A DNA stretch of 33,805 nucleotides from a virus. Location of the stretch: the IMG/VR virus record IMGVR_UViG_3300001748_000001; one strand, given 5' to 3'. Made by a program: the position numbers and the translations under genes. Below the pieces are notes generated by a model. That model had not been told where the DNA came from and searched no databases. It worked only from the letters and a program-made list of their open reading frames with translations. Below, one piece after another: positions 13,859 to 22,205 of this stretch. Positions within the stretch are counted from its first letter, which is position 1. Each line of letters begins with the position of its first letter.

Positions 13859-13906
13859 TGTTTTACCTTTCTGTTTTTTTTGTTTATCTTATATCTATTT
13901 TGTATA

Positions 13907-14434
13907 TTATGCAACTTCTTTATCTTTTAATAAATGTATTTCAAAATCAATCTCATTATATGAAATCTCTTTTTCATTAAATTTATTGCAAATATATTCT
14001 AATACATACATGATTAGCTTATTGTCTTTATTGCTTAGAGCATCATCATAAGTATAAAAAGATATAAACCCGCTACAACTTGTGGTCCTGTCTTTTAAAA
14101 AAGATAAAAAATCATTATCTTTTATTAAAATATTATTTAATGAATTAGCTTCATTGGTGTCAATTTTACAATCAATTACATCTGTGTCATAATTGTAATA
14201 TTGCGGTGACCATAATTTTATATTTTTAAAATCAATATCAATTAAGTACTCATCTAAAATATAACTTTTTAATTTATAACAATACTCATCAATATAAGAT
14301 TGAAATGTTTTTTTATAATCAACTTGATCAAAATTGTACTCATAGGCTTCAACCATAAAGTCTATATTATGATCATGTATTGACTCATAAAAACCGCCAA
14401 AGTGTATTGAGGTGTCTATATATTTTTTTTTCAT
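13907..14434 (-). CDS. Acidic hypothetical protein
   Basis: 175 aa. HFGGFYESIHDHNIDF N-terminal motif. Same conserved 17-nt initiation cassette. Ends in ..KEVA, as its neighbour ends in ..QEVA. Confidence 0.55.
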   Translation of the reverse strand: MKKKYIDTSIHFGGFYESIHDHNIDFMVEAYEYNFDQVDYKKTFQSYIDEYCYKLKSYILDEYLIDIDFKNIKLWSPQYYNYDTDVIDCKIDTNEANSLNNILIKDNDFLSFLKDRTTSCSGFISFYTYDDALSNKDNKLIMYVLEYICNKFNEKEISYNEIDFEIHLLKDKEVA

Positions 14435-14506
14435 TGTTTTACCTTTCTATTGTTTTATATACATGACTATATATCTAATTTGTATATAGTCAAGTATATT
14501 GGTTAA

Positions 14507-14695
14507 TTAATTTTTAATTAGTTTTACTTGTCTATACATATAACCATTATCAAGTAATTGACTTGTTTTAATACAGATATTTCTATTAACTAATCGATCA
14601 ACTATTTTTTTAGTCATACGATCATTAGAATACCATTGCCATTTATTATCGTATTTTTTTATAAAATTTATTAGATCTATATCACATTGCTTCAT
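14507..14695 (-). CDS. Hypothetical protein
   Basis: 62 aa with the same 17-nt initiation cassette. Confidence 0.5.
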   Translation of the reverse strand: MKQCDIDLINFIKKYDNKWQWYSNDRMTKKIVDRLVNRNICIKTSQLLDNGYMYRQVKLIKN

Positions 14696-14713
14696 TGTTT
14701 TACCTTTCTATTT

Positions 14714-14911
14714 TTATTTGCTTAATACTTCGCCAGTTGCTTCTCTAAATTTAATCTCATTAAAATTTGGATTATCTTTTTTTAAATATTGGCAAAGATC
14801 GATCATAAACTCACCATTTTTAATAACATGAGTTAAACCTCTATTCATATTTGCAATAGAGCTGTTTTTATTAATAATCTTTGCTAATGCTATGTAGTCT
14901 TTTTTTGTCAT
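14714..14911 (-). CDS. Hypothetical protein, first gene of the leftward AT-rich cassette
   Basis: 65 aa with the same 17-nt initiation cassette. Confidence 0.5.
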   Translation of the reverse strand: MTKKDYIALAKIINKNSSIANMNRGLTHVIKNGEFMIDLCQYLKKDNPNFNEIKFREATGEVLSK

Positions 14912-15071
14912 TGTTTTACCTTTCTTTGTTTGTTTATAATTGAGTTATACAGTATGGATATATTATTGCAACAATAAAATTAAAAATAATTAATGACAGA
15001 TTGACGCATTAAAGATTAGAATAGTTATAAACTAAATTGTTGCATAAATGCAATAGTGTTGCAAATATACA

Positions 15072-15255
15072 ATGGACCAATAAGTATTGGATCTATAAAT
15101 TGAAAGTTGAAAGTTGAAAGGTTAAAAAAGTTTAAAGATCAAAGGTTGATAAAGTTAAAAGATTAATAAAGTTACTATTCTAATCCATCAAGCTATTTAT
15201 TTTTATTCCCATAAAAAATCGGTCAATAATACTGACCTATTTATTATTGGTCCAT
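15072..15255. repeat. Iteron-like repeat region bounded by a 12-nt inverted repeat (candidate origin / regulatory region)
   Basis: ATGGACCAATAA (15072-15083) versus TTATTGGTCCAT (15244-15255). Inside are 3 perfect tandem TTGAAAG copies (15100-15120), then AAAG(G)TT motifs every ~10-15 nt. Hairpin GGTCA-N7-TGACC at 15221-15237. Confidence 0.6.
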
Positions 15256-15350
15256 AAATAAAGATTTTTAATTATTACTTCTGATAACATTTTCTTATCA
15301 CTACACCGAATTATATAATTTAATGTAGGTTAGATCTAATTTTTTGAAAC

Positions 15351-15455
15351 TTGCCTACCCCATACCCCCTAAAAATGCGTGTGCGTTTATTATATATATA
15401 TACATGGGACTCGAGGACTCCCTTAGACAGACAGTTAGTTAGTTTTGCACAGCAA
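15351..15455. other. GC-richer island with micro-repeats upstream of the terminase genes (candidate packaging site / genome terminus / promoter)
   Basis: CCCCATACCCCC, GCGTGTGCG, (TA)6 at 15391-15402, GGACTC-GA-GGACTC at 15407-15420, AGACAGACAG and GTTAGTTAGTT at 15425-15444. Confidence 0.3.
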
Positions 15456-15489
15456 CAATTTTACTTTAAAATAATTCTAAATAAGCTAG

Positions 15490-15690
15490 ATGTGGTATAT
15501 GAACTATTTTTCATCAGAAGATATGGATTGTGTTTGCTACATTGAAGAGAAAACAAACAATGTAGTAATCAAGTTCTTTGGTATGGATAACCAGGATTCA
15601 GCTGAACTATTCACAATCTATGTGATGAACAGACTAGGCTTTGAATATAATTCACTTAGCTATGAGATGCCTAGCAAAGCAGTTCACTAG
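15490..15690 (+). CDS. Hypothetical protein upstream of TerL (alternative start ATG 15499)
   Basis: 66-aa ORF ending 5 nt before the TerL ATG. Confidence 0.35.
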   Translation: MWYMNYFSSEDMDCVCYIEEKTNNVVIKFFGMDNQDSAELFTIYVMNRLGFEYNSLSYEMPSKAVH

Positions 15691-15695
15691 AAGCT

Positions 15696-16967
15696 ATGGA
15701 TATTAAAATACCCTATACACCAAGACGACACCAATCCTACTTGCACAAACAGATTTCCAGATACAGATGGAATGTGCTTGTATGTCATAGAAGGTTTGGC
15801 AAAACAGTATGTATGATCAACCACCTAATTAGGTCAGCATTGCTGTCCAATCAGAAAAACCCAAGATTTGCTTACATTGCACCAACCTTCAAACAAGCAA
15901 AAAGTATTGCATGGGATTACATGAAACAGTTCACGGCAAAAATTCCCTATACTAAATTTAACGAAACAGAACTAAGAGTTGATTTACCTAATGGCAGCAG
16001 AATAACATTACTTGGTTCAGAAAACTCAGATGGCTTGAGGGGTATATACCTAGATGGGTGTGTCATCGATGAGTATGCGAATGTAAATTCAAAACTATTC
16101 CCAGAAATTATTAGACCTGCACTATCAGATAGAAAAGGTTATTGCGTATTTATTGGTACTCCAGCAGGAATGAACAACAACTTTTACGAATTATTTCAAC
16201 ACGCACAAGGTGCAGAAGATTGGTTCTCCTACAAGGCAAAAGCATCAGAAACTAAGATTGTAGATGAAGATGAGCTTATCAAGGCAAAAGAGGTTATGGG
16301 TGAAAAGAAGTATCAGCAAGAGTTTGAATGCGATTGGATTGCCAACATTGAGGGTGCAGTATATGGAGACATTATTGCTAAGATGGAAGATGATAAGCAA
16401 ATAGCACGAGTGCCATACGATCCATCATTACCTGTCAATACTTCTTGGGATTTAGGGGTATCAGATCATACTGCCATAATCTTTTTTCAGCAATTAGGAA
16501 GAGCAGTAAACATTATTGATTACTATGAGGAACGAGGTCAAGGTTTGCCACACTATGTGCAAGTTATTAATGAAAAAGATTACATCTACAAAGATCACTT
16601 TGCACCACATGACATTGAAGTTACAGATTTCAGTAATGGCAAAACGAGACGAGAGGTAGCCTACCAATTAGGGGTGCGGTTCAAGGTAGTGCCAAAAATA
16701 CCACTCGAAGATGGAATCCACGCAACCTCAATGACCTTGCCAAGAACCTTCATCGATGTAGACCATTGCAAAAAATTGATAGATGCGTTAAGACATTACC
16801 ACAGGAAGTATATTGATAAGAACAGAATGTTTAGATCAAAGCCTGTGCATGATTGGAGTTCCCATGCTTGTGATGCAATGCGTTACCTAGCTGTTGGACT
16901 ACAAGAAATAAATACTAGACAAACTGCACCACAAAGTGTAGCAGATAATAATTACAATATTATTTGA
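15696..16967 (+). CDS. terL: Terminase large subunit
   Basis: Walker A-like HRRFGKT and Walker B-like LDGCVIDEYA. C-terminal nuclease-type acidic motifs (WDLGVSDHTA, HDWSSHACDAMRY). Confidence 0.85.
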   Translation: MDIKIPYTPRRHQSYLHKQISRYRWNVLVCHRRFGKTVCMINHLIRSALLSNQKNPRFAYIAPTFKQAKSIAWDYMKQFTAKIPYTKFNETELRVDLPNGSRITLLGSENSDGLRGIYLDGCVIDEYANVNSKLFPEIIRPALSDRKGYCVFIGTPAGMNNNFYELFQHAQGAEDWFSYKAKASETKIVDEDELIKAKEVMGEKKYQQEFECDWIANIEGAVYGDIIAKMEDDKQIARVPYDPSLPVNTSWDLGVSDHTAIIFFQQLGRAVNIIDYYEERGQGLPHYVQVINEKDYIYKDHFAPHDIEVTDFSNGKTRREVAYQLGVRFKVVPKIPLEDGIHATSMTLPRTFIDVDHCKKLIDALRHYHRKYIDKNRMFRSKPVHDWSSHACDAMRYLAVGLQEINTRQTAPQSVADNNYNII

Positions 16968-16975
16968 GGATTTTT

Positions 16976-17197
16976 ATGGGATCAATATTTAAACCAAAAA
17001 TGCCACCACTACCACCTGTTCAACCTTTGCCAGAACCGCCTAAAGCAGAACTGTCGCCAGAGGAAGAAGCAAGAATACAAGCTGAACAAGCTGCAATGGA
17101 AAGAAGAAGAAAAGGTAGAAAGTCTACTATTCTTACTGGACCACTTGGTGTGCAAGAATCTGAAGAAACAAAACTTAAAACTTTATTAGGAGAGTAA
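16976..17197 (+). CDS. Small Pro-rich protein with the C-terminal GRKSTILTGPLG...LLGE motif
   Basis: GAGGA 5 nt upstream of ATG 16976 (the track ORF starts at TTG 16964). Shares a C-terminal motif with 17373-17864. Confidence 0.5.
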   Translation: MGSIFKPKMPPLPPVQPLPEPPKAELSPEEEARIQAEQAAMERRRKGRKSTILTGPLGVQESEETKLKTLLGE

Positions 17198-17371
17198 TGT
17201 TTAAAAAGATTTTAAATTTTTTTAAAAAAAAAGAAGAAGATGTTTTGTATTTAAAAGAAGAAGTAAAGTTTAATAACACAGATGATTTACAATCTTCAGT
17301 AGATAGCGATAAAGTTTTTAATAAAAAAGATACTAAAGAAACTAAATCATCTTTAACATTTGGAAAATAAG
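17198..17371 (+). CDS. Small hypothetical protein (57 aa)
   Basis: Fills the gap exactly between the neighbouring genes (TAATG at the 5' end, 1 nt before the next ATG). The antisense track ORF 17175-17423 is a less likely alternative. Confidence 0.4.
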
Positions 17372-17372
17372 T

Positions 17373-17864
17373 ATGGGTTCTAATTCTGGATCTAATGGTG
17401 GCGGTGGTAGAACTGGTCCACAAGAGTTAGGTTTAACAACTAGAAAAAGCTCTGTGCAAAAAGGAGTTGAGAAGGTTGGAGATTTTATAAAAGGTGGTGG
17501 TATATTAGGTTCAGTTGTTAGAGGAATATCTACAGGAATTAAAAAATCAAAACAAAATGTTTTAGACTATGAAGGTCAAGCAGCAGGAGTAACTCCTATG
17601 CGTTCACCAATGACAACAGGAAGAGATGGTGGTAATGGTGGCGGAGCAATGGGAACAAGTGGTCAAGTCGTACAAGCACCTCAACCAGTTGCATCACCCA
17701 CTACAGTAGAAGTTTCACAAGTTAGTGCAGCAGATGCAGAAGATCCTATTCTATTAAGAAAAAGAAAAACATTAGCAAGAGGAAGATCATTAACAATAGC
17801 TACAGGACCAACAGGTGCAACAGGTAGCTTGACTTTAGGCAAACCAAGTTTATTAGGTAGATAA
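17373..17864 (+). CDS. Gly-rich, probably disordered virion/assembly protein with the C-terminal GRSLTIATGPTG...LLGR motif
   Basis: 163 aa with a low-complexity Gly/Ser/Thr composition. TAATG coupling to the portal gene. Confidence 0.55.
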   Translation: MGSNSGSNGGGGRTGPQELGLTTRKSSVQKGVEKVGDFIKGGGILGSVVRGISTGIKKSKQNVLDYEGQAAGVTPMRSPMTTGRDGGNGGGAMGTSGQVVQAPQPVASPTTVEVSQVSAADAEDPILLRKRKTLARGRSLTIATGPTGATGSLTLGKPSLLGR

Positions 17865-19492
17865 TGGCACAAACAGATTTAACAAAAAGTTTATTAAAAC
17901 GATTTGATCGTTTAAAATCTCAAAGACAAAATTGGGAAACCCACTGGCAAGAAGTTGCAGATTATATGCAACCAAGAAAAGCAGATGTAACTAAATTAAG
18001 ATCAAGAGGTGATAAACGAACTGAACTTATTTTTGATTCCTCTCCATTACAAGCAGTAGAACTTTTAGCAGCATCATTACATGGTATGCTAACTAACCCA
18101 TCAACTCCTTGGTTCTCTTTAAGATTCAAAGAAGATGAAATGGAAAATGAGGATGAAGCAAAAGAATGGTTAGAGTCTGCAACAGAAACAATGTATGCAG
18201 CATTTAATAAATCAAACTTCCAACAAGAAATTTTTGAACTGTATCACGATCTAATTACTTTTGGTACAGCAGCAATGTATATTGAGGAAGATGCAGATGA
18301 TATTATAAAATTTTCTACAAGACACATTAATGAAATCTTTATTGCTGAAAATGATAAAGGTAGAATTGATACAGTATTTAGAAAATTTAAACTTTCAGCA
18401 AGAGCTGCAATACAACAATTTGGTACTGGAATATCAACTAAGATTGATACAATCAATAATAAAAATCCTTACGATGAAGTAGAAATTATTCATGCAGTAT
18501 ATCCAAGATCAGATTTTAATCCTAAGAAACAAGATAAAGCAAATATGCCATTTGAATCTGTGTATATTGAATATGCTAGTGGTGAACAATTATCTGTATC
18601 TGGATTTAAAGAATTTCCATTTGTAGTACCAAGATATTTAAAAGCATCACACGAAATTTATGGAAGATCACCTGCAATGACCGCATTGCCAGATGTCAAG
18701 ATGCTAAATGAAATGTCTAAAACTACAATCAAGTCTGCACAGAAACAAGTTGATCCACCTTTACTTGTTCCAGATGATGGATTTATATTACCAGTAAGAA
18801 CAGTACCTGGTGGTTTAAATTTTTATAGAAGTGGTACAAGAGATAGAATTGAAGCATTAAACATTGGAGCAAATACTCCATTAGGTTTAAACATGGAAGA
18901 GCAAAGAAGAAACTCAATTCGAAATGCGTTCTATGTAAATCAATTAATGATGCAGAGTGGTCCACAAATGACAGCAACAGAAGTTATCCAAAGAAACGAA
19001 GAGAAGATGAGATTACTTGGTCCAGTTTTGGGTAGACTTCAATCTGAATTATTAAAACCATTAATTGATAGAACTTTTAATATTATACTTAGAAAGAATT
19101 TATTTAGACCAGCTCCAGACTTTTTATCTGGTAAAGATATTGAAATCGAATATGTATCTCCATTAGCTAAAGCACAGAAGTCTAGTGAACTACAATCGAT
19201 TATGAGAGCAATAGAAATCATGGGTAGCTTATCTAATGTTGCTCCAGTATTCGATCATATCAATATGGATAAACTCGTTAGACACTTAGCAGACATTGTT
19301 GGTGTTCCACAAAAAGTTTTAAAACCACAATCTCAATTAAATGCTGAACGACAACAAGCACAAGCTCAACAAGAACAAATGCAACAAATGCAACAGCTAC
19401 AACAAGTAGCGGAAGCAGGGGGAAAAATAGCACCATTAGCAAAAGCACTTCCAGAGGAAGCTAAAGCAGTTGCCAATGCTGATGCTGAGTAA
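17864..19492 (+). CDS. Portal protein (podovirus head-to-tail connector type)
   Basis: 542 aa in the position after TerL. N-terminal RLKSQRQNWETHWQEVADYMQPRK is typical of T7-gp8-like connectors. Q-rich acidic C-terminus. Confidence 0.8.
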   Translation: MAQTDLTKSLLKRFDRLKSQRQNWETHWQEVADYMQPRKADVTKLRSRGDKRTELIFDSSPLQAVELLAASLHGMLTNPSTPWFSLRFKEDEMENEDEAKEWLESATETMYAAFNKSNFQQEIFELYHDLITFGTAAMYIEEDADDIIKFSTRHINEIFIAENDKGRIDTVFRKFKLSARAAIQQFGTGISTKIDTINNKNPYDEVEIIHAVYPRSDFNPKKQDKANMPFESVYIEYASGEQLSVSGFKEFPFVVPRYLKASHEIYGRSPAMTALPDVKMLNEMSKTTIKSAQKQVDPPLLVPDDGFILPVRTVPGGLNFYRSGTRDRIEALNIGANTPLGLNMEEQRRNSIRNAFYVNQLMMQSGPQMTATEVIQRNEEKMRLLGPVLGRLQSELLKPLIDRTFNIILRKNLFRPAPDFLSGKDIEIEYVSPLAKAQKSSELQSIMRAIEIMGSLSNVAPVFDHINMDKLVRHLADIVGVPQKVLKPQSQLNAERQQAQAQQEQMQQMQQLQQVAEAGGKIAPLAKALPEEAKAVANADAE

Positions 19493-19728
19493 TGAATGAT
19501 TTAAAACAATTTGAAAAACAAATAAAAGGTTTAAGGGAAGCATATCAAAGAATTTTTAATTCAGATGATGGTAAAATTATTATCTCTGATTTAGAAAAAC
19601 GATGCCACTTTTGGTCTACCACTAATGTTAAAGGGGATAGCCATGAAAGTGCATACATGGAAGGTCAAAGGAGTGTACTTCTATTTATTAAATCAATGCT
19701 CCAAAATGATAACACAAAAGGTAAATAA
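19492..19728 (+). CDS. Bbp19-like small conserved protein
   Basis: DDGKIIISDLEKRC...ESAYMEGQRSVLLFIKSML resembles the Bordetella phage BPP-1 Bbp19 family (from memory). TAATG coupling to the portal gene. Confidence 0.45.
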   Translation: MNDLKQFEKQIKGLREAYQRIFNSDDGKIIISDLEKRCHFWSTTNVKGDSHESAYMEGQRSVLLFIKSMLQNDNTKGK

Positions 19729-19730
19729 CT

Positions 19731-20591
19731 ATGTCACAAGAACAGATAACACAGGAAACTGTGCCTGTAGCAGAGACAACACAAACTACTACAGAAACAC
19801 AAACACCAATTTCTTCTACTACTGAACAACCTACTGTTGCGAAGTCTTGGAAAGAAGCAATCTCAGAAGAGTTTAGAAGTGATCCAAATATATCTAAATT
19901 TACAGAGATTGATGCACTAGCTAAATCTTATATCAATGCAACTAAAATGATTGGTCAAGATAAAGTTGCAGTGCCAAATAATAATTCAACAGAAGATCAA
20001 TGGAATGAAGTTTATTCTAAATTAGGTAGACCAGAATCTCCAGATAAGTATGAACTTAATGCTAAATCTGATGTTGTACCTATTGATGAAACTGCAATCA
20101 AAAACTTTGCCGAGACCTCACATAAGTTAGGTTTAAATAATAGACAAGCACAAGGTATCTTAGAGTTTTACAAAAACTCGATGGAAGGATCTGCACAACA
20201 ATCAAAGATTGATATGGAAACTGCACAAGCAAATGCTGAACAACAACTAAGACAAGAGTGGGGTAAAACATTTGAAGATAATGTTAGAAAAGCAGGTTCA
20301 TTAGCTAAAGCAAATCTAGGTGTAGAAGTATTAGATATGCAATTACAAGATGGAACACGATTAGGAGATCATCCAGATATTATAAAAGGATTTGCAAAAA
20401 TTGCAGATATGATGTCTGAAGATAAAATTGTTTCAACTGAATCTGAAAATGTCAATCAAGGTAAAGATATTGAATCTGAAATATCTTCGATTGTAAATGA
20501 TAAGAATAGTCCATATTGGAATAAAGGTCATCCAGATCATGACAAGATTGTTCAACAAGTATTTACATTAAGGTCAATGCTCAATGGATAA
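19731..20591 (+). CDS. Scaffolding protein
   Basis: 286 aa, acidic and helical, lying between the portal and the major capsid gene. Confidence 0.55.
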   Translation: MSQEQITQETVPVAETTQTTTETQTPISSTTEQPTVAKSWKEAISEEFRSDPNISKFTEIDALAKSYINATKMIGQDKVAVPNNNSTEDQWNEVYSKLGRPESPDKYELNAKSDVVPIDETAIKNFAETSHKLGLNNRQAQGILEFYKNSMEGSAQQSKIDMETAQANAEQQLRQEWGKTFEDNVRKAGSLAKANLGVEVLDMQLQDGTRLGDHPDIIKGFAKIADMMSEDKIVSTESENVNQGKDIESEISSIVNDKNSPYWNKGHPDHDKIVQQVFTLRSMLNG

Positions 20592-20781
20592 TAATTTAAC
20601 TGATGCTGAATTAAGATTGGAGATTCTCAGAATCGTTAAAGAAAATGGTACTGAGAATCAACGATCAAATCCCTTGCCAATCTGTGAGGAATATTATAAA
20701 TGGGTTTCTAAGGAGAATGAAAGTTCTCCTAAGAAAAGAAAGACAATTCGTAAATCGAACCTTTCTGACAGTAAGGAATAG
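20584..20781 (+). CDS. Hypothetical protein
   Basis: 65-aa ORF overlapping the scaffold stop by 8 nt. Confidence 0.4.
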   Translation: MDNNLTDAELRLEILRIVKENGTENQRSNPLPICEEYYKWVSKENESSPKKRKTIRKSNLSDSKE

Positions 20782-20879
20782 ACTACAGTCTAACAGACTT
20801 TAAATGCAAGAGATGCCTGTCGTATGACAGAGAACCTTTCTGATTGTTTAACTATAACTAATAACTAAAGGAGACAAAT

Positions 20880-21743
20880 ATGTCTAACCAAATAACTACA
20901 GCATTTGTGCAGCAGTATTCTGCTAACATTCAAATGCTATCTCAACAAATGGGATCGTTATTAAGAGATAAAGTTCGTCTTGAAAGTGTTGTAGGTAAGA
21001 ATGCGTTCTTTGACCAAGTTGGTTCTGTAACTGCGGTTAAAAGAACTAGCAGACATGGCGACACTCCACAAATTGATACTCCTCATGCGAGAAGAAGAGT
21101 TTCATTAGTGGATTATGAATTCGCTGACCTAATAGACGATCAAGATAAAGTAAGACTCTTAATTGATCCTACATCTTCTTATGCTCAAGCTGCTGCTTAT
21201 GCAATGGGTAGAGCTATGGATGATGAAATAATCAGTGCTGCATTAGGAACTGCATTCACTGGCGAAACTGGTTCAACTTCAACTCCGTTACCTTCTTCTC
21301 AGAAGATAACTGAAGGTGGATCAGTTGGTTTAACTGTTGCTAAGTTAAGAAATACAAAAGAAATTCTTGACTTAAATTCTGTTGATCCGTCAATCGCTAG
21401 ATACATTGTGGTAGGTCCTAAACAAATCACTGATTTATTAGGAACAACTGAGGTAACAAGTTCTGATTTCAACACTGTTAAAGCATTAGCAAATGGTGAA
21501 ATCAACTCATTCCTTGGTTTTAACTTTATCGTGTCTAACAGACTAAACACAACTGGTTCTAACAGACAGTGCATAGCTTATGCAATGGATGGTATCGGTC
21601 TAGGTGTTGGTAAAGATGTTACAGCAAGAATAGACGAGAGAGCTGACAAAGGTTATGCTACTCAAGTTTACTACTGTGCATCTTTCGGTGCAACTAGAAT
21701 GGAAGAAGAAAAAGTTGTTGAAATCCAAGCATACGAAGCATAA
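20880..21743 (+). CDS. Major capsid protein
   Basis: Strong RBS AAGGAG. Positioned after the scaffold, with a terminator after the following gene. 287 aa. Confidence 0.7.
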   Translation: MSNQITTAFVQQYSANIQMLSQQMGSLLRDKVRLESVVGKNAFFDQVGSVTAVKRTSRHGDTPQIDTPHARRRVSLVDYEFADLIDDQDKVRLLIDPTSSYAQAAAYAMGRAMDDEIISAALGTAFTGETGSTSTPLPSSQKITEGGSVGLTVAKLRNTKEILDLNSVDPSIARYIVVGPKQITDLLGTTEVTSSDFNTVKALANGEINSFLGFNFIVSNRLNTTGSNRQCIAYAMDGIGLGVGKDVTARIDERADKGYATQVYYCASFGATRMEEEKVVEIQAYEA

Positions 21744-21761
21744 TCATAAAGGAGAATAATT

Positions 21762-22166
21762 ATGGCTAATGGAACTAATTACCAATTAAGCGAAAACACT
21801 CCTAAGGATATGGTTGATGTATCGCAATGGGGTGGAAAGTTAAGAGTACAGTACGACACTTACGAAGCATCTTCTTTTGGAGCAGGAACAATTAATGTTG
21901 CTAAGTTACCAAAAGGTGCAATCGTATATGATGTAGTGTTACACGCAGACGACATGGGAACAGGTACAACTGCTACTGTGGGTGATGCGGGTGATGCTGA
22001 CAGATTTATAACATCTGTTGATACTGCATCTTCTGCTACTTTAACTAGATTGAATGCTATCGCTGGTTTTGGTTATGAATATTCAGATGCGTCTGACATA
22101 ATCATTACTACGACTGGTACTTCAACTGGTACTTTCAAAATAGCAATATTCTATGTTGTAGAATAA
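21762..22166 (+). CDS. Head decoration / cement-type protein
   Basis: 134 aa directly after the MCP with RBS AAGGAG. Gly/Thr/Ala-rich beta-type sequence. Followed by a strong terminator. Confidence 0.4.
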   Translation: MANGTNYQLSENTPKDMVDVSQWGGKLRVQYDTYEASSFGAGTINVAKLPKGAIVYDVVLHADDMGTGTTATVGDAGDADRFITSVDTASSATLTRLNAIAGFGYEYSDASDIIITTTGTSTGTFKIAIFYVVE

Positions 22167-22177
22167 TCTATTACTTA

Positions 22178-22205
22178 GATGGGGGAGCAATCCCCCATCT
22201 TTCTT
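22178..22205 (+). terminator. Rho-independent terminator after the capsid genes
   Basis: 9-bp stem GATGGGGGA/TCCCCCATC with a GCAA (GNRA) tetraloop, followed by TTTCTTAT. Confidence 0.75.

Noticed and set aside
15351-15545. 64-aa track ORF spanning the GC island
   Set aside because: It has a non-ATG start, no RBS and an implausible sequence, and it overlaps the better-placed ORF 15490-15690. The region is treated as non-coding.
17175-17423. 82-aa minus-strand ORF between the two small virion-module genes
   Set aside because: A 57-aa plus-strand ORF (17198-17371) fits the gap exactly with coupled start and stop. The antisense ORF would be the only reverse gene in a 22-kb co-directional block.
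19625-19825. 66-aa plus-strand ORF overlapping the Bbp19-like and scaffold genes
   Set aside because: It is out of frame with two better-supported, translationally coupled genes, and has no RBS.
22179-22205. ATG at 22179 as the start of the small ORF after the decoration gene
   Set aside because: These codons form the stem-loop of the rho-independent terminator (GATGGGGGA-GCAA-TCCCCCATC). The in-frame ATG at 22206 is preferred.
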